A stretch of 64,000 nt of DNA, taken from contig WRLR01000006.1 in NCBI GenBank assembly GCA_009777515.1, positions 1,719 through 65,718 on the forward strand, in the 5' to 3' direction. Numbering within the stretch: the stretch's first letter is position 1; each line of letters starts with the position of its first letter. The notes under the pieces were generated by a model, which searched no databases, was not told where the DNA came from, and worked only from the letters and a program-made list of their open reading frames with translations. This document shows, piece by piece, positions 8,167 to 16,917 of the stretch. The position numbers were made by a program, and so were the translations under genes. This DNA is from Oscillospiraceae bacterium (GTDB lineage Bacteria; Bacillota; Clostridia; WRLR01).

Positions 8167-9651
8167 ATGAAAATCGGGTTTGACAACACGACTTATATGG
8201 AAATGCAAGCCGAGCATATCTTAAAAAGGGTCGAGCGTTTCAACAACAAGCTGTACCTGGAGTTCGGCGGGAAGATTTTTGACGACTACCACGCGGCGAG
8301 GGTGCTGCCCGGTTTTGACATCAACGGCAAAATCCTGCTTTTGGAGCGCCTCAAGGAAAAGACGGAAATCATAATGTGTATCAGCGCGGCCGACATTGAG
8401 AACAACCGCATAAGGGACGATCATGGCATATCGTACGATATGGACGCGCTGCGGCTCATAGACAACATCCGGCATATCGGGCTCGACGTAAGCAGCATCG
8501 TGATCACCCAGTACAAAGACCAACCGTCCGCCGACATGTTCAGGGATAGGCTTGTGCAAAGGGGCGAAAAAGTTTACCTGCACAGGCTGACGAAGGGCTA
8601 CCCGACGAACATCGACCTGATTGTCAGCGACGAGGGCTACGGAGCGAACCAGTACATTGAGACGACGAAGCCCCTCGTGGTGGTCGCCGCGCCGGGGCCG
8701 GGCAGCGGCAAGCTGGCGACCTGCCTCTCTCAGCTTTACCACGAGTACAAGCGGAACGTCGACGCGGGCTACGCGAAATTTGAAACATTCCCTGTTTGGA
8801 ACCTGCCGCTCAACCACCCCGTCAACCTTGCCTACGAGGCGGCCACAGCCGACCTGAACGACGTCAACGCGTACGACCACTACCACTTGGACGCGTACGG
8901 CACGTCGGCGGTCAACTATAACCGGGACATTGAGGTGTTCCCTATTGTCAGGAACATTTTGGCCAGAATCACGGACCCCAGCGAGGTCTACAAGTCCCCG
9001 ACCGACATGGGGGTCAACATGAACGGGTATTGTATCACCGACGACGAGCTGGTGAGGGAGGCCGCCAAGCAGGAGATCGTAAGACGCTATTTCAGGACAT
9101 GGTGTTACCACAAGGAGGGGCGCCTAGGTATTGGCGCGGTAGAAAAGCTGGACATCTTAATGAAGCAACTGGACCTGACCCCGGAGTACGGGGTCGCAGT
9201 GCGCCCAGCACTTGAAAAGTCCAAGGCGCACAACTGCCCCGCCATGGCAATGATACTGGCAGACGGCAGCGTCGTGACCGGGAGGACGACAGACATACTG
9301 GCCGCAGCGGCAAGCCTTGTGTTGAACTGCGTAAAAAAACTGGCCGACATACCGGACAGCGTGCATCTCATCACTCCCGCCGTCCTTGGGCCGCTGTTGA
9401 CGCTCAAAGAGACGATATTGAGCGACGCGAACCCGTTGCTAAGCTTGGAGGAAGTCTTGAACGCCTTGAGCATCTGCGCTGCGACAAATCCGTCGGCGGA
9501 AAAGTGCTTGTACAAGCTACAAGAGTTGAAGGGCTGCGTGGCCCATTCGTCGCATATGATATCGAAGACGGACGATATAATGCTGAAAAAACTGGGCGTG
9601 AACATCACCTGCACCCCGGAGTTCCCGTCCCGCAACCTATATTACATATGA
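8167..9651 (+). CDS. DUF1846 (UPF0371) family protein
   Basis: MKIGFDNTTYMEMQAEHILKRVERFNNKLYLEFGGKIFDDYHAARVLPGFD is the characteristic UPF0371 N-terminus. ATG 8167 follows GGGGGA, and the protein is about 494 aa. Confidence 0.8.
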   Translation: MKIGFDNTTYMEMQAEHILKRVERFNNKLYLEFGGKIFDDYHAARVLPGFDINGKILLLERLKEKTEIIMCISAADIENNRIRDDHGISYDMDALRLIDNIRHIGLDVSSIVITQYKDQPSADMFRDRLVQRGEKVYLHRLTKGYPTNIDLIVSDEGYGANQYIETTKPLVVVAAPGPGSGKLATCLSQLYHEYKRNVDAGYAKFETFPVWNLPLNHPVNLAYEAATADLNDVNAYDHYHLDAYGTSAVNYNRDIEVFPIVRNILARITDPSEVYKSPTDMGVNMNGYCITDDELVREAAKQEIVRRYFRTWCYHKEGRLGIGAVEKLDILMKQLDLTPEYGVAVRPALEKSKAHNCPAMAMILADGSVVTGRTTDILAAAASLVLNCVKKLADIPDSVHLITPAVLGPLLTLKETILSDANPLLSLEEVLNALSICAATNPSAEKCLYKLQELKGCVAHSSHMISKTDDIMLKKLGVNITCTPEFPSRNLYYI

Positions 9652-9657
9652 CACATG

Positions 9658-9807
9658 ACGAACAGTGTTCGTCCGCACCATAAGCAGCCACCTGGCAATA
9701 ATTAATATTTAACAATGATTGTTGCACCAATGATTTTTACGCTAACATTAATGATTGTTACGCTAATGATTGCTATATAGTCGTAGGGACGAACAGTGTT
9801 CGTCCGC
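9658..9807. repeat. Identical 20-bp repeats (GACGAACAGTGTTCGTCCGC, each a palindrome) flanking an AT-rich core with 4 copies of AATGATTGT-like 15-mers
   Basis: The 20-mers sit at 9658-9677 and 9788-9807, the second preceded by GTAGG. AATGATT(G/T)(T/C)T motifs start at 9714, 9729, 9750 and 9765. Confidence 0.6.
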
Positions 9808-9848
9808 GTCTTACGTAATTACAAACAGTCAATATTGGAGGAAACCTA

Positions 9849-12047
9849 ATGAAAGACATCCCAAAATACTTTGGCAGTATGGTTTTTAACGACGCTGTGA
9901 TGGAGGATATGCTGCCGAACGATATATACAACGCGTTGCGCAAGACAATGTCGCAGGGCACCCACCTTGAACTGGACGTGGCCCACACGGTCGCCAACGC
10001 GATGAAGGACTGGGCGGTCGAAAAGGGCGCCACACATTTCACCCACTGGTTCCAGCCCATGACGGGCACCACGGCCGAAAAGCACAACAGCTTCCTGACT
10101 CCGTCCCCGTCCGGTGGCGGCGGTAGGAGCGGCGACGGTGGCGCGGACGGCAGCACGGGCAGCATCGGCGGCGCGGACGCACATGCAGCCGTTGGTGCAG
10201 GCGCCGGCGCAAGCGCGGGCGGCGGGGCTATCATGGCATTTTCCGGCAAGGAGCTAGTGCGCGGCGAGTCCGACGCGTCCGCCTTCCCCTCCGGCGGCCT
10301 GCGCGCCACATTCGAGGCGAGGGGCTATACGGTCTGGGACATCACCTCATACGCTTTCATAAAGAACGACACTTTGTATATACCGACGGCCTTTTGCACA
10401 TACGGCGGGGAGTCGCTGGACAAAAAGACCCCGCTGCTCCGCTCAATGCAGGCGCTGAACAAACAGGCCCTCCGGATACTCAGGCTATTCGGCAATACGT
10501 CCGCCCGGCGCGTGAACGTCATGCTCGGCGCCGAACAGGAGTTTTTCCTGATTGACAAAAAAGAATACCTGCGCCGCCCCGACTTGATCAACACGGGCAG
10601 GACTTTACTCGGGGCCAAGCCGCCGAAAGGCCAGGAGCTGAACGACCATTATTTCGGGAGCCTAAAACCCAGGGTGGCCGCGTTCATGAAAGAGCTCGAA
10701 GAGCATCTTTGGCTGCTGGGCGTCTTTGTGGAGACAAAGCACAACGAGGTGGCGCCGGGGCAGCACGAGCTGGTGCCCAAGTACACGATAGCCAACATAG
10801 CCGCCGATCAGAACCAACTGATCATGGATCTGATGAAAAGCACGGCGGACCGGCACGGGCTGGCTTGCCTGCTGCACGAAAAGCCGTTCGCCGGCATCAA
10901 CGGCAGCGGCAAACACAACAACTGGTCGCTCTGCGCCGATACGGGCGCCAACCTGCTCGACCCGGGCGTGACGCCATACGAAAACGCCCAGTTTCTCCTC
11001 TTCCTGACGGCCCTAATGAAAGCGGTGGACGAGTATCAGGACCTGCTGCGCGCTTCGGTCGCAAGCGCCGGCAATGACCACAGGCTCGGTGCGCACGAGG
11101 CGCCGCCCGCCATCGTGTCGATGTTCCTGGGCGACGAACTGACCGAGATACTCGACGCCATCGAAGCGGACGCCGGGTACACGAACAAGGAAGCGCAACA
11201 GATGCAGATCGGCGTGACCGTGCTGCCCCACATCCCAAAGGACGCGACGGACCGCAACCGCACGTCCCCGTTCGCCTATACGGGAAGCAAATTCGAGTTC
11301 CGCATGCTCGGGGCGCCGCTGTCCATCGCGGAGCCTATTATAGCACTGAACACGGCAGTGGCCGAGGCGCTGCGCCAGTTTGCAGACCAATTGGAGACGT
11401 CGGAAAGATTTGAGGCCGAGCTTGCGACGCTAATCAAACAGACATATTCCCGGCACAAAAGGATTGCATTCAACGGGAACAACTATGCCGACGAATGGGC
11501 GGATGTAGCGCAAAAGCGGGGACTGTCCAATCTGGCCGCGTCCGTTGACTCGATACCGGAATATATATCCGATAAGAGCATAGAACTGTTTGAGCGGCAG
11601 GGCGTGTTCAGTAGGACCGAGTTGATGTCGCGCTATGAAATTTTTATCGAATCGTATTGCAAAACATTGCATATAGAGGCCCTTACGATGGTAGACATGC
11701 TATGGGGGATGGTTGTCCCGGCCAGCGTGGACTATCAAGGCGATCTGTCCGGGCTTTTGAGGCAGAAAATGGAATGCGGCACCTACGACACGTCCATGGA
11801 GGATTCCTTGCTGGCAAAGATCGCCGGGCTCTCGACATGCGTGATGGACAAGCTGGCCGCCCTCGAAAACGCGCTTGTCGGCATACCGGACGGCGGGGAT
11901 ACCCTGTCCCGCGCGAAGCAATACCGGGACACGGTCTGCACAGCGATGGCCGATCTGCGCCTCGCCGTAGACGGCTTGGAACCGTATGTCCCCAAAAAGT
12001 ACTGGCGCATGCCGTCGTACGCCGACTTGCTGAACAGCGTCATATAA
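9849..12047 (+). CDS. glnN: Glutamine synthetase type III
   Basis: The N-terminus is typical of GSIII (FGSMVFNDAVM...THFTHWFQPMTGTTAEKHNSF ... DASAFPSGGLRATFEARGYT), with the catalytic core (KHNEVAPGQHE, NGSGKHNNWS). It is about 730 aa and carries a G/A/S-rich insertion of roughly 45 aa. Confidence 0.9.
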   Translation: MKDIPKYFGSMVFNDAVMEDMLPNDIYNALRKTMSQGTHLELDVAHTVANAMKDWAVEKGATHFTHWFQPMTGTTAEKHNSFLTPSPSGGGGRSGDGGADGSTGSIGGADAHAAVGAGAGASAGGGAIMAFSGKELVRGESDASAFPSGGLRATFEARGYTVWDITSYAFIKNDTLYIPTAFCTYGGESLDKKTPLLRSMQALNKQALRILRLFGNTSARRVNVMLGAEQEFFLIDKKEYLRRPDLINTGRTLLGAKPPKGQELNDHYFGSLKPRVAAFMKELEEHLWLLGVFVETKHNEVAPGQHELVPKYTIANIAADQNQLIMDLMKSTADRHGLACLLHEKPFAGINGSGKHNNWSLCADTGANLLDPGVTPYENAQFLLFLTALMKAVDEYQDLLRASVASAGNDHRLGAHEAPPAIVSMFLGDELTEILDAIEADAGYTNKEAQQMQIGVTVLPHIPKDATDRNRTSPFAYTGSKFEFRMLGAPLSIAEPIIALNTAVAEALRQFADQLETSERFEAELATLIKQTYSRHKRIAFNGNNYADEWADVAQKRGLSNLAASVDSIPEYISDKSIELFERQGVFSRTELMSRYEIFIESYCKTLHIEALTMVDMLWGMVVPASVDYQGDLSGLLRQKMECGTYDTSMEDSLLAKIAGLSTCVMDKLAALENALVGIPDGGDTLSRAKQYRDTVCTAMADLRLAVDGLEPYVPKKYWRMPSYADLLNSVI

Positions 12048-12098
12048 TGTTTGCAGAACAGCGTCATTTAATGTTTGCTGAACAGCGTCATATAGCGA
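12027..12098 (+). repeat. 24-bp tandem repeat x3 spanning the glnN stop codon
   Basis: TTGCTGAACAGCGTCATATAATGT / TTGCAGAACAGCGTCATTTAATGT / TTGCTGAACAGCGTCATATAGCGA. Copy 1 encodes the last 6 codons and the TAA. Confidence 0.75.
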
Positions 12099-12307
12099 CC
12101 TGCGCATTATTGCTATATTGCGCATCTGTATAATGCAATAATAATCATCCCCACTTATTATTGCTATAAGAATGATTAATTTTACTTATCATAGTATGAT
12201 GGTATATTATGTCTTGTGTCAAAACGTATAAATAAATGGAAAGGCTGGACATCGGCGCAAACCAAGCATCCATAGGAGGCATTTGGCTGCTTGTGCCATG
12301 TCAAGGC

Positions 12308-13492
12308 ATGGTGTTTATTATGAGGGCAGTAGGTACCGTGGCGCGCGGAATACGCGCCCCATTGATCAAATCCGGCGACGACATAGCGCAAATAGTCGTC
12401 GACAGCGTGCTCGCCGCCGCCAAAGCGGAGGGCTTCGAGCTGAGGGACCGGGACGTGATAGGCGTCACCGAGGCCGTGGTCGCGCGCTCCCAGGGCAACT
12501 ACGCGAGTTGCGCGCAAATCGCCTCAGACATACGCGCAAAATACCCGGGTGGCGTGCTGGCGATCACCTTCCCCATCCTATCCAGAAACCGATTCGCGAA
12601 CCTCTTGAAGGGCATCGCCGAGGGGTGCGACAAACTGTACATCATGCTGTCCTACCCAGCCGACGAAGTCGGCAACGAGCTCATATCGTGGGACGCGCTC
12701 GACAGCGCCGGCGTCAATCCGTACACCGATCTGCTCACCGAGGCCATGTACCGCGAAAAATTCGGCGAGAACACGACCCATGTGTTCACACACATGGACT
12801 ATGTAAAATATTACAAGTCATTTGGAGATCATATTGAAATAATTTTCGCGAACGACGTTAAAAGGGTGCTGGAGTACACTAAAAATGTGCTGTGCTGCGA
12901 CGTCCATTCGCGCTTCAGATCGAAGCGGTTGTTGGCGGAGGCCGGCGCCGAAACCGTCTACGGGCTGGACGACATATTGTCGGCGCCGGTGGACGGCAGC
13001 GGATACAATGAAAAATTCGGATTGCTGGGGTCGAACAAGGCCACGGAAGACAGCGTGAAGCTGTTCCCGAGGGGCTGCGAAGCTGTGGTGGCAAAGGTCT
13101 CCGCGCAGTTGAAGGCGGCGACCGGGAAAAATATCGAGGTGCTGATATATGGCGACGGCGCGTTTAAAGACCCCGTCGGGCATATATGGGAGCTGGCCGA
13201 TCCGGTCGTCTCTCCCGCTTTTACGCCGGGCCTGGACGGGACGCCAAACGAGCTGAAGCTAAAATACCTGTTGGACAACGACTTCGCCGGGAAGAGCGAA
13301 AGCGAGGTCAGGGAGGCCGTGGACATGTCGATTAAGACAAAGGCCGCAGACCTCGAAAACAAGGCGTTGGGCACGACGCCGCGCAGGTACACGGATCTCA
13401 TCGGCAGCCTGTGCGATTTGATGAGCGGCTCGGGCGACAAGGGGACGCCCATCGTGCTGATACAGGGCTATTTCGACAATTATGCCTCGTAG
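12308..13492 (+). CDS. CofE-family (F420-0:gamma-glutamyl ligase-like, COG1478) protein
   Basis: The N-terminus (RAVGTVARGIRAPLIKSGDDIAQIVVDSV...DRDVIGVTEAVVARSQGNY) resembles CofE-like ligases. The start is ambiguous (ATG 12308 or 12320), and the 3' end overlaps the hisH start by 11 nt. Confidence 0.5.
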   Translation: MVFIMRAVGTVARGIRAPLIKSGDDIAQIVVDSVLAAAKAEGFELRDRDVIGVTEAVVARSQGNYASCAQIASDIRAKYPGGVLAITFPILSRNRFANLLKGIAEGCDKLYIMLSYPADEVGNELISWDALDSAGVNPYTDLLTEAMYREKFGENTTHVFTHMDYVKYYKSFGDHIEIIFANDVKRVLEYTKNVLCCDVHSRFRSKRLLAEAGAETVYGLDDILSAPVDGSGYNEKFGLLGSNKATEDSVKLFPRGCEAVVAKVSAQLKAATGKNIEVLIYGDGAFKDPVGHIWELADPVVSPAFTPGLDGTPNELKLKYLLDNDFAGKSESEVREAVDMSIKTKAADLENKALGTTPRRYTDLIGSLCDLMSGSGDKGTPIVLIQGYFDNYAS

Positions 13493-14228
13493 CGAAAATA
13501 ACGGATCGGCGATTATCAAGATCATTGACTATAAGGCGGGCAACGCGCCGAGCGTGCTGAACGCGGTCAGGCGCCTCGGGTATGGCGCGGGATGCGCCGG
13601 GCTTGCGCAGGCGCCGTGCGACCTGGATGGCGCCACGCATATCATACTGCCGGGCGTGGGCAGCGCCAAGGCCACGATGGAGTCGTTGGGCGAACTGGGC
13701 TTCGTGCAGGCCCTTGGCGAGGCGGTGCTCGGCAAAAAGGCGCTGTTTTTGGGCATCTGCGTCGGCATGCAATTGCTGTTCGAGCACAGCGAGGAGGGCG
13801 ACGTCGACTGCTTCGGTTGGCTTAGCGGACAGGTCGTTAAATATGACGTACGCAAGGTGCGCGTGCCACAGATGGGATGGAACGAGATCAGCTTCGTCGA
13901 TGGCATGAGCGGAGACGGCGGCGGCGGCGGCGGAGACGGCAGCAGTGGAGACGGCGGCAGCGGCGAAGGCGGCGGTGGCGGAAACGGATGCGGCGGTGGC
14001 GGAAGCGGAGACGGTGGTGTTCGGAGCGGTTTTTTTTACTTTGTGAACTCGTACTATGCAGTGCCGGAGCGCGCGGGCGATATTTGGGGCGTGGCTGACT
14101 ACGGCGGGATCTTCGCGGCAGCCGTCCGCAGGGACAACATTTTCGCGACGCAGTTCCATGTCGAAAAGAGTGGCGAAGCCGGGCTTTTGCTGCTGGGCGG
14201 CTTCCTCGGCATGAAGGGGGGCGTGTGA
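13482..14228 (+). CDS. hisH: Imidazole glycerol phosphate synthase, glutamine amidotransferase subunit (HisH-type)
   Basis: IIDYKAGNAPSVLNA, ILPGVGSAKATM, catalytic GICVGMQLLFE, VPQMGWNE and FATQFHVEKSG motifs. It is interrupted by a Gly-rich insertion of about 40 aa. Confidence 0.85.
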   Translation: MPRSENNGSAIIKIIDYKAGNAPSVLNAVRRLGYGAGCAGLAQAPCDLDGATHIILPGVGSAKATMESLGELGFVQALGEAVLGKKALFLGICVGMQLLFEHSEEGDVDCFGWLSGQVVKYDVRKVRVPQMGWNEISFVDGMSGDGGGGGGDGSSGDGGSGEGGGGGNGCGGGGSGDGGVRSGFFYFVNSYYAVPERAGDIWGVADYGGIFAAAVRRDNIFATQFHVEKSGEAGLLLLGGFLGMKGGV

Positions 14229-14231
14229 CCC

Positions 14232-15029
14232 ATGCTGGCGAAACGGTTGATAGCGTGCTTCGACATCATCGGCGGCAGGGTGACAAAGGCCGTGCAGTTT
14301 ATGGACAATATCGACGTCGCGCCCGCAGACGACCTGGCTGAAGCCATGTACGGGGCGCAGATCGACGAGCTGATCTTCTACGACATAACGGCGAGCGCAG
14401 AGCGGCGCGGCATTGACATAGAGACCGTCAGGCGCGTCGCGAGCCGCGTATTCATACCTTTTACCGTCGGCGGCGGGATCAAGGACTTAAATGACATGTA
14501 CGAGGCGCTGAAGGCCGGGGCGGAGAAGATCAGCGTAGACTCGATGGCGGTGCGCAACCCGCAAATCATCGCGGACGGCGCGAACGCATTTGGTTCGCAG
14601 TGCGTTGTCCTGTCCACCCAGGTCAAGCGGTCCGGGCGAACGCCTAGCGGGTATGAGGTTTATATCGATGGGGCCAGGCATGCGACAGGCATGGACGCCA
14701 TCGAGTGGATAAAACGCGGGCAAGGGCTAGGCGCCGGGGAGATATGCTTGAACAGCATCGACAACGACGGGACGCTAGCCGGCTACGACCTTCCGTTGTT
14801 GAGGCTGGCCCAGGGCGCCGTCTCCATTCCCATCATTGCGTCGGGCGGTGCGGGCGCGCCGGAGCACCTTGTAGACCTGTTTACGGCCACGGACGCGCAG
14901 GCGGCCATCATCAGCAGCATGCTGTACTCCCCCCGGATGGATAATAACTATACCGTACGGGAACTGAAAGAGCATCTGGCGTCCAACGGCGTGCATGTGC
15001 GGCCATATATAAGCGGCTGCGCGCAGTGA
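14232..15029 (+). CDS. hisF: Imidazole glycerol phosphate synthase, cyclase subunit (HisF-type)
   Basis: MLAKRLIACFDIIGGRVTK, DELIFYDITAS, TVGGGI, NSIDNDGTLAGYDL and IASGGAG motifs. Confidence 0.9.
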   Translation: MLAKRLIACFDIIGGRVTKAVQFMDNIDVAPADDLAEAMYGAQIDELIFYDITASAERRGIDIETVRRVASRVFIPFTVGGGIKDLNDMYEALKAGAEKISVDSMAVRNPQIIADGANAFGSQCVVLSTQVKRSGRTPSGYEVYIDGARHATGMDAIEWIKRGQGLGAGEICLNSIDNDGTLAGYDLPLLRLAQGAVSIPIIASGGAGAPEHLVDLFTATDAQAAIISSMLYSPRMDNNYTVRELKEHLASNGVHVRPYISGCAQ

Positions 15030-15186
15030 AGAAAACCGTTATATATAATCTATAGCATATAATGACGGGAGCGGCTATATACAAAGCGGCGATATGCAGC
15101 GTCGGGAGCGACCACGTACAGCCATTATAAGCAAAGGCATGTAATAATGGGAACGGCGGATTTACGGGAGGACGGTGGCATACTGC

Positions 15187-15474
15187 ATGTTAATTGACGA
15201 CGAATTGATGAGTTATCTAGAAGATTTGTCATGCCTTTCGCTCACCGCAGAGGAAAAGCGGAGGATAGCAGTCGATCTGCAAAAGATACTCGAATATATG
15301 GAACGCCTTGAAAGGCTGGATACGGACGGCGTCCCAGAACGCAGCCACCCTTTTGACAATGTGAACGTATTTCGGGATGACAAGATCGGGACGCCTCTGG
15401 ATCGGGCGCTGATACTGAAAAACGCGCCGGACAGCGACGGCGTCATGTTTATCGCGCCAAAGACGGTCGAATAA
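15187..15474 (+). CDS. gatC: Asp/Glu-tRNA amidotransferase subunit C
   Basis: MLIDDELMSYLEDLSCLSLTAEEKRRIAVDLQKILEYMERLERLDTDGV is a GatC pattern. GTG 15175 is an alternative start. Confidence 0.8.
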   Translation: MLIDDELMSYLEDLSCLSLTAEEKRRIAVDLQKILEYMERLERLDTDGVPERSHPFDNVNVFRDDKIGTPLDRALILKNAPDSDGVMFIAPKTVE

Positions 15475-15644
15475 TCTGTGGCATTGCAATAAAGATAAAT
15501 TTGCCGGTAATAACGAAATAACCGGGAATAATGTATTAATTGCGGCTGTCGATTGTTACGACACTATATATTTTATCATTTACATTATTTTCATCTAAAG
15601 AATACATTAATTTCATCTAAACGAAACGAACGGAGGGCGGACGG

Positions 15645-16865
15645 GTGAACAATAAAATCGTATTGGCGTATTCAGGTGGCTTGGACACGACCGTCATCAT
15701 ACCCTGGCTGAGGGAGAACTATGCGGGCTGCGAGATCACCGCATGCTGCGTGGACGTGGGCCAGTGCGGCGACTACAAGGAGCTCGAAGACAAGGCGATC
15801 CGGATTGGAGCGGAAAGGGTGCTCGTCATCGATGCCAGGGACGAGTTCGTGTCCGACTTCATCTTCCCCATGCTAAAGGCCAACGCCATATACGAGAGCA
15901 AATATCTACTCGGTACCTCCGTCGCGCGGCCCCTCATCGCAAAAAAACTGCTGGACGTCGCCCTCGACTGGGGCGCGGACTCGATTTGCCACGGCGCGAC
16001 TGGGAAAGGCAACGACCAAATTCGCTTTGAGCTAACGTTCAAGGCGTTTGCACCCTGGCTGAACATAATCGCCCCATGGCGCATCTGGGACATAAAATCG
16101 CGCGATGACGCGATGGACTTTTTGCAACAGCGCGGCATAGACGCGCCTATGAGCAGGGAGCAGAGCTACAGCCGCGACGAGAACCTTTGGCATTTGAGCC
16201 ACGAGGGCCTGGAGCTGGAAGACCCTGCCATGGCGCCCAATTACAAGCGCCTGCTACAGTTAAGCGTGCCGCCGGAGGACGCCCCCGACGCACCGGAGCA
16301 CGTGGAGCTGGAATTTGGCGCCGGCGTCCCGATCAAGCTAAACGGAAACGCGCTGGCGCCGGTCGCCCTGCTGTCCGCGCTCAACAAAATCGGCGGCAGG
16401 AACGGCGTGGGCATCGCGGACATTGTTGAAAACAGGGTCGTAGGCATGAAGTCGCGCGGCGTGTACGAAACGCCCGGCGGGACGATCCTGTACGCGGCGC
16501 ACAAGGAGCTGGAGAGCCTGTGCATCGATCGGCAGACAGAGGTGTTCAAAGCCGTTGTGGGGCATGAGCTGGCGGAGCTGATCTACACGGGCGAATGGTT
16601 TACCCCGCTGAGGGAAGCGCTGTCGGCCTTTGTGGACAAAACGCAGGAAAACGTGACAGGCGCCGTCCGCTTGAAACTATATAAGGGCAATGTCATCCCG
16701 GCAGGGGTGACGTCGCCATATTCGCTCCACAACAAAGAGCTGTCCAGTTTCACGACTGGCGATCTGTTTGATCACAAGGACGCGGAGGGGTTCATCAACC
16801 TGCTTGGCCTCCCGATGACGGCGCGGGCGCTGATGAGGCGACGCAACGTGAAGACAGGGCAGTAG
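15645..16865 (+). CDS. argG: Argininosuccinate synthase
   Basis: [28 protein letters not shown] and [19 protein letters not shown] motifs. GTG start 6 nt after GGAGGG. Confidence 0.95.
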   Translation: MNNKIVLAYSGGLDTTVIIPWLRENYAGCEITACCVDVGQCGDYKELEDKAIRIGAERVLVIDARDEFVSDFIFPMLKANAIYESKYLLGTSVARPLIAKKLLDVALDWGADSICHGATGKGNDQIRFELTFKAFAPWLNIIAPWRIWDIKSRDDAMDFLQQRGIDAPMSREQSYSRDENLWHLSHEGLELEDPAMAPNYKRLLQLSVPPEDAPDAPEHVELEFGAGVPIKLNGNALAPVALLSALNKIGGRNGVGIADIVENRVVGMKSRGVYETPGGTILYAAHKELESLCIDRQTEVFKAVVGHELAELIYTGEWFTPLREALSAFVDKTQENVTGAVRLKLYKGNVIPAGVTSPYSLHNKELSSFTTGDLFDHKDAEGFINLLGLPMTARALMRRRNVKTGQ

Positions 16866-16917
16866 ACATAACGATGATTAATAACTCTGTTAACTTTAAA
16901 GATGAGGTAAACGTACC

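Noticed and set aside
8221-9111. Long antisense or alternative-frame ORFs inside GC-rich genes. Examples: 8221-9111, 13398-14159, 19701-20309, 21363-22175, 54291-55142, 55363-56970, 56216-56974, 60006-60848, 29055-29714, 39918-40931.
   Set aside because: They overlap confidently identified conserved genes. Their Arg/Ala/Pro/Gly-rich composition is typical of non-coding frames in high-GC DNA, and they lack SD sequences.
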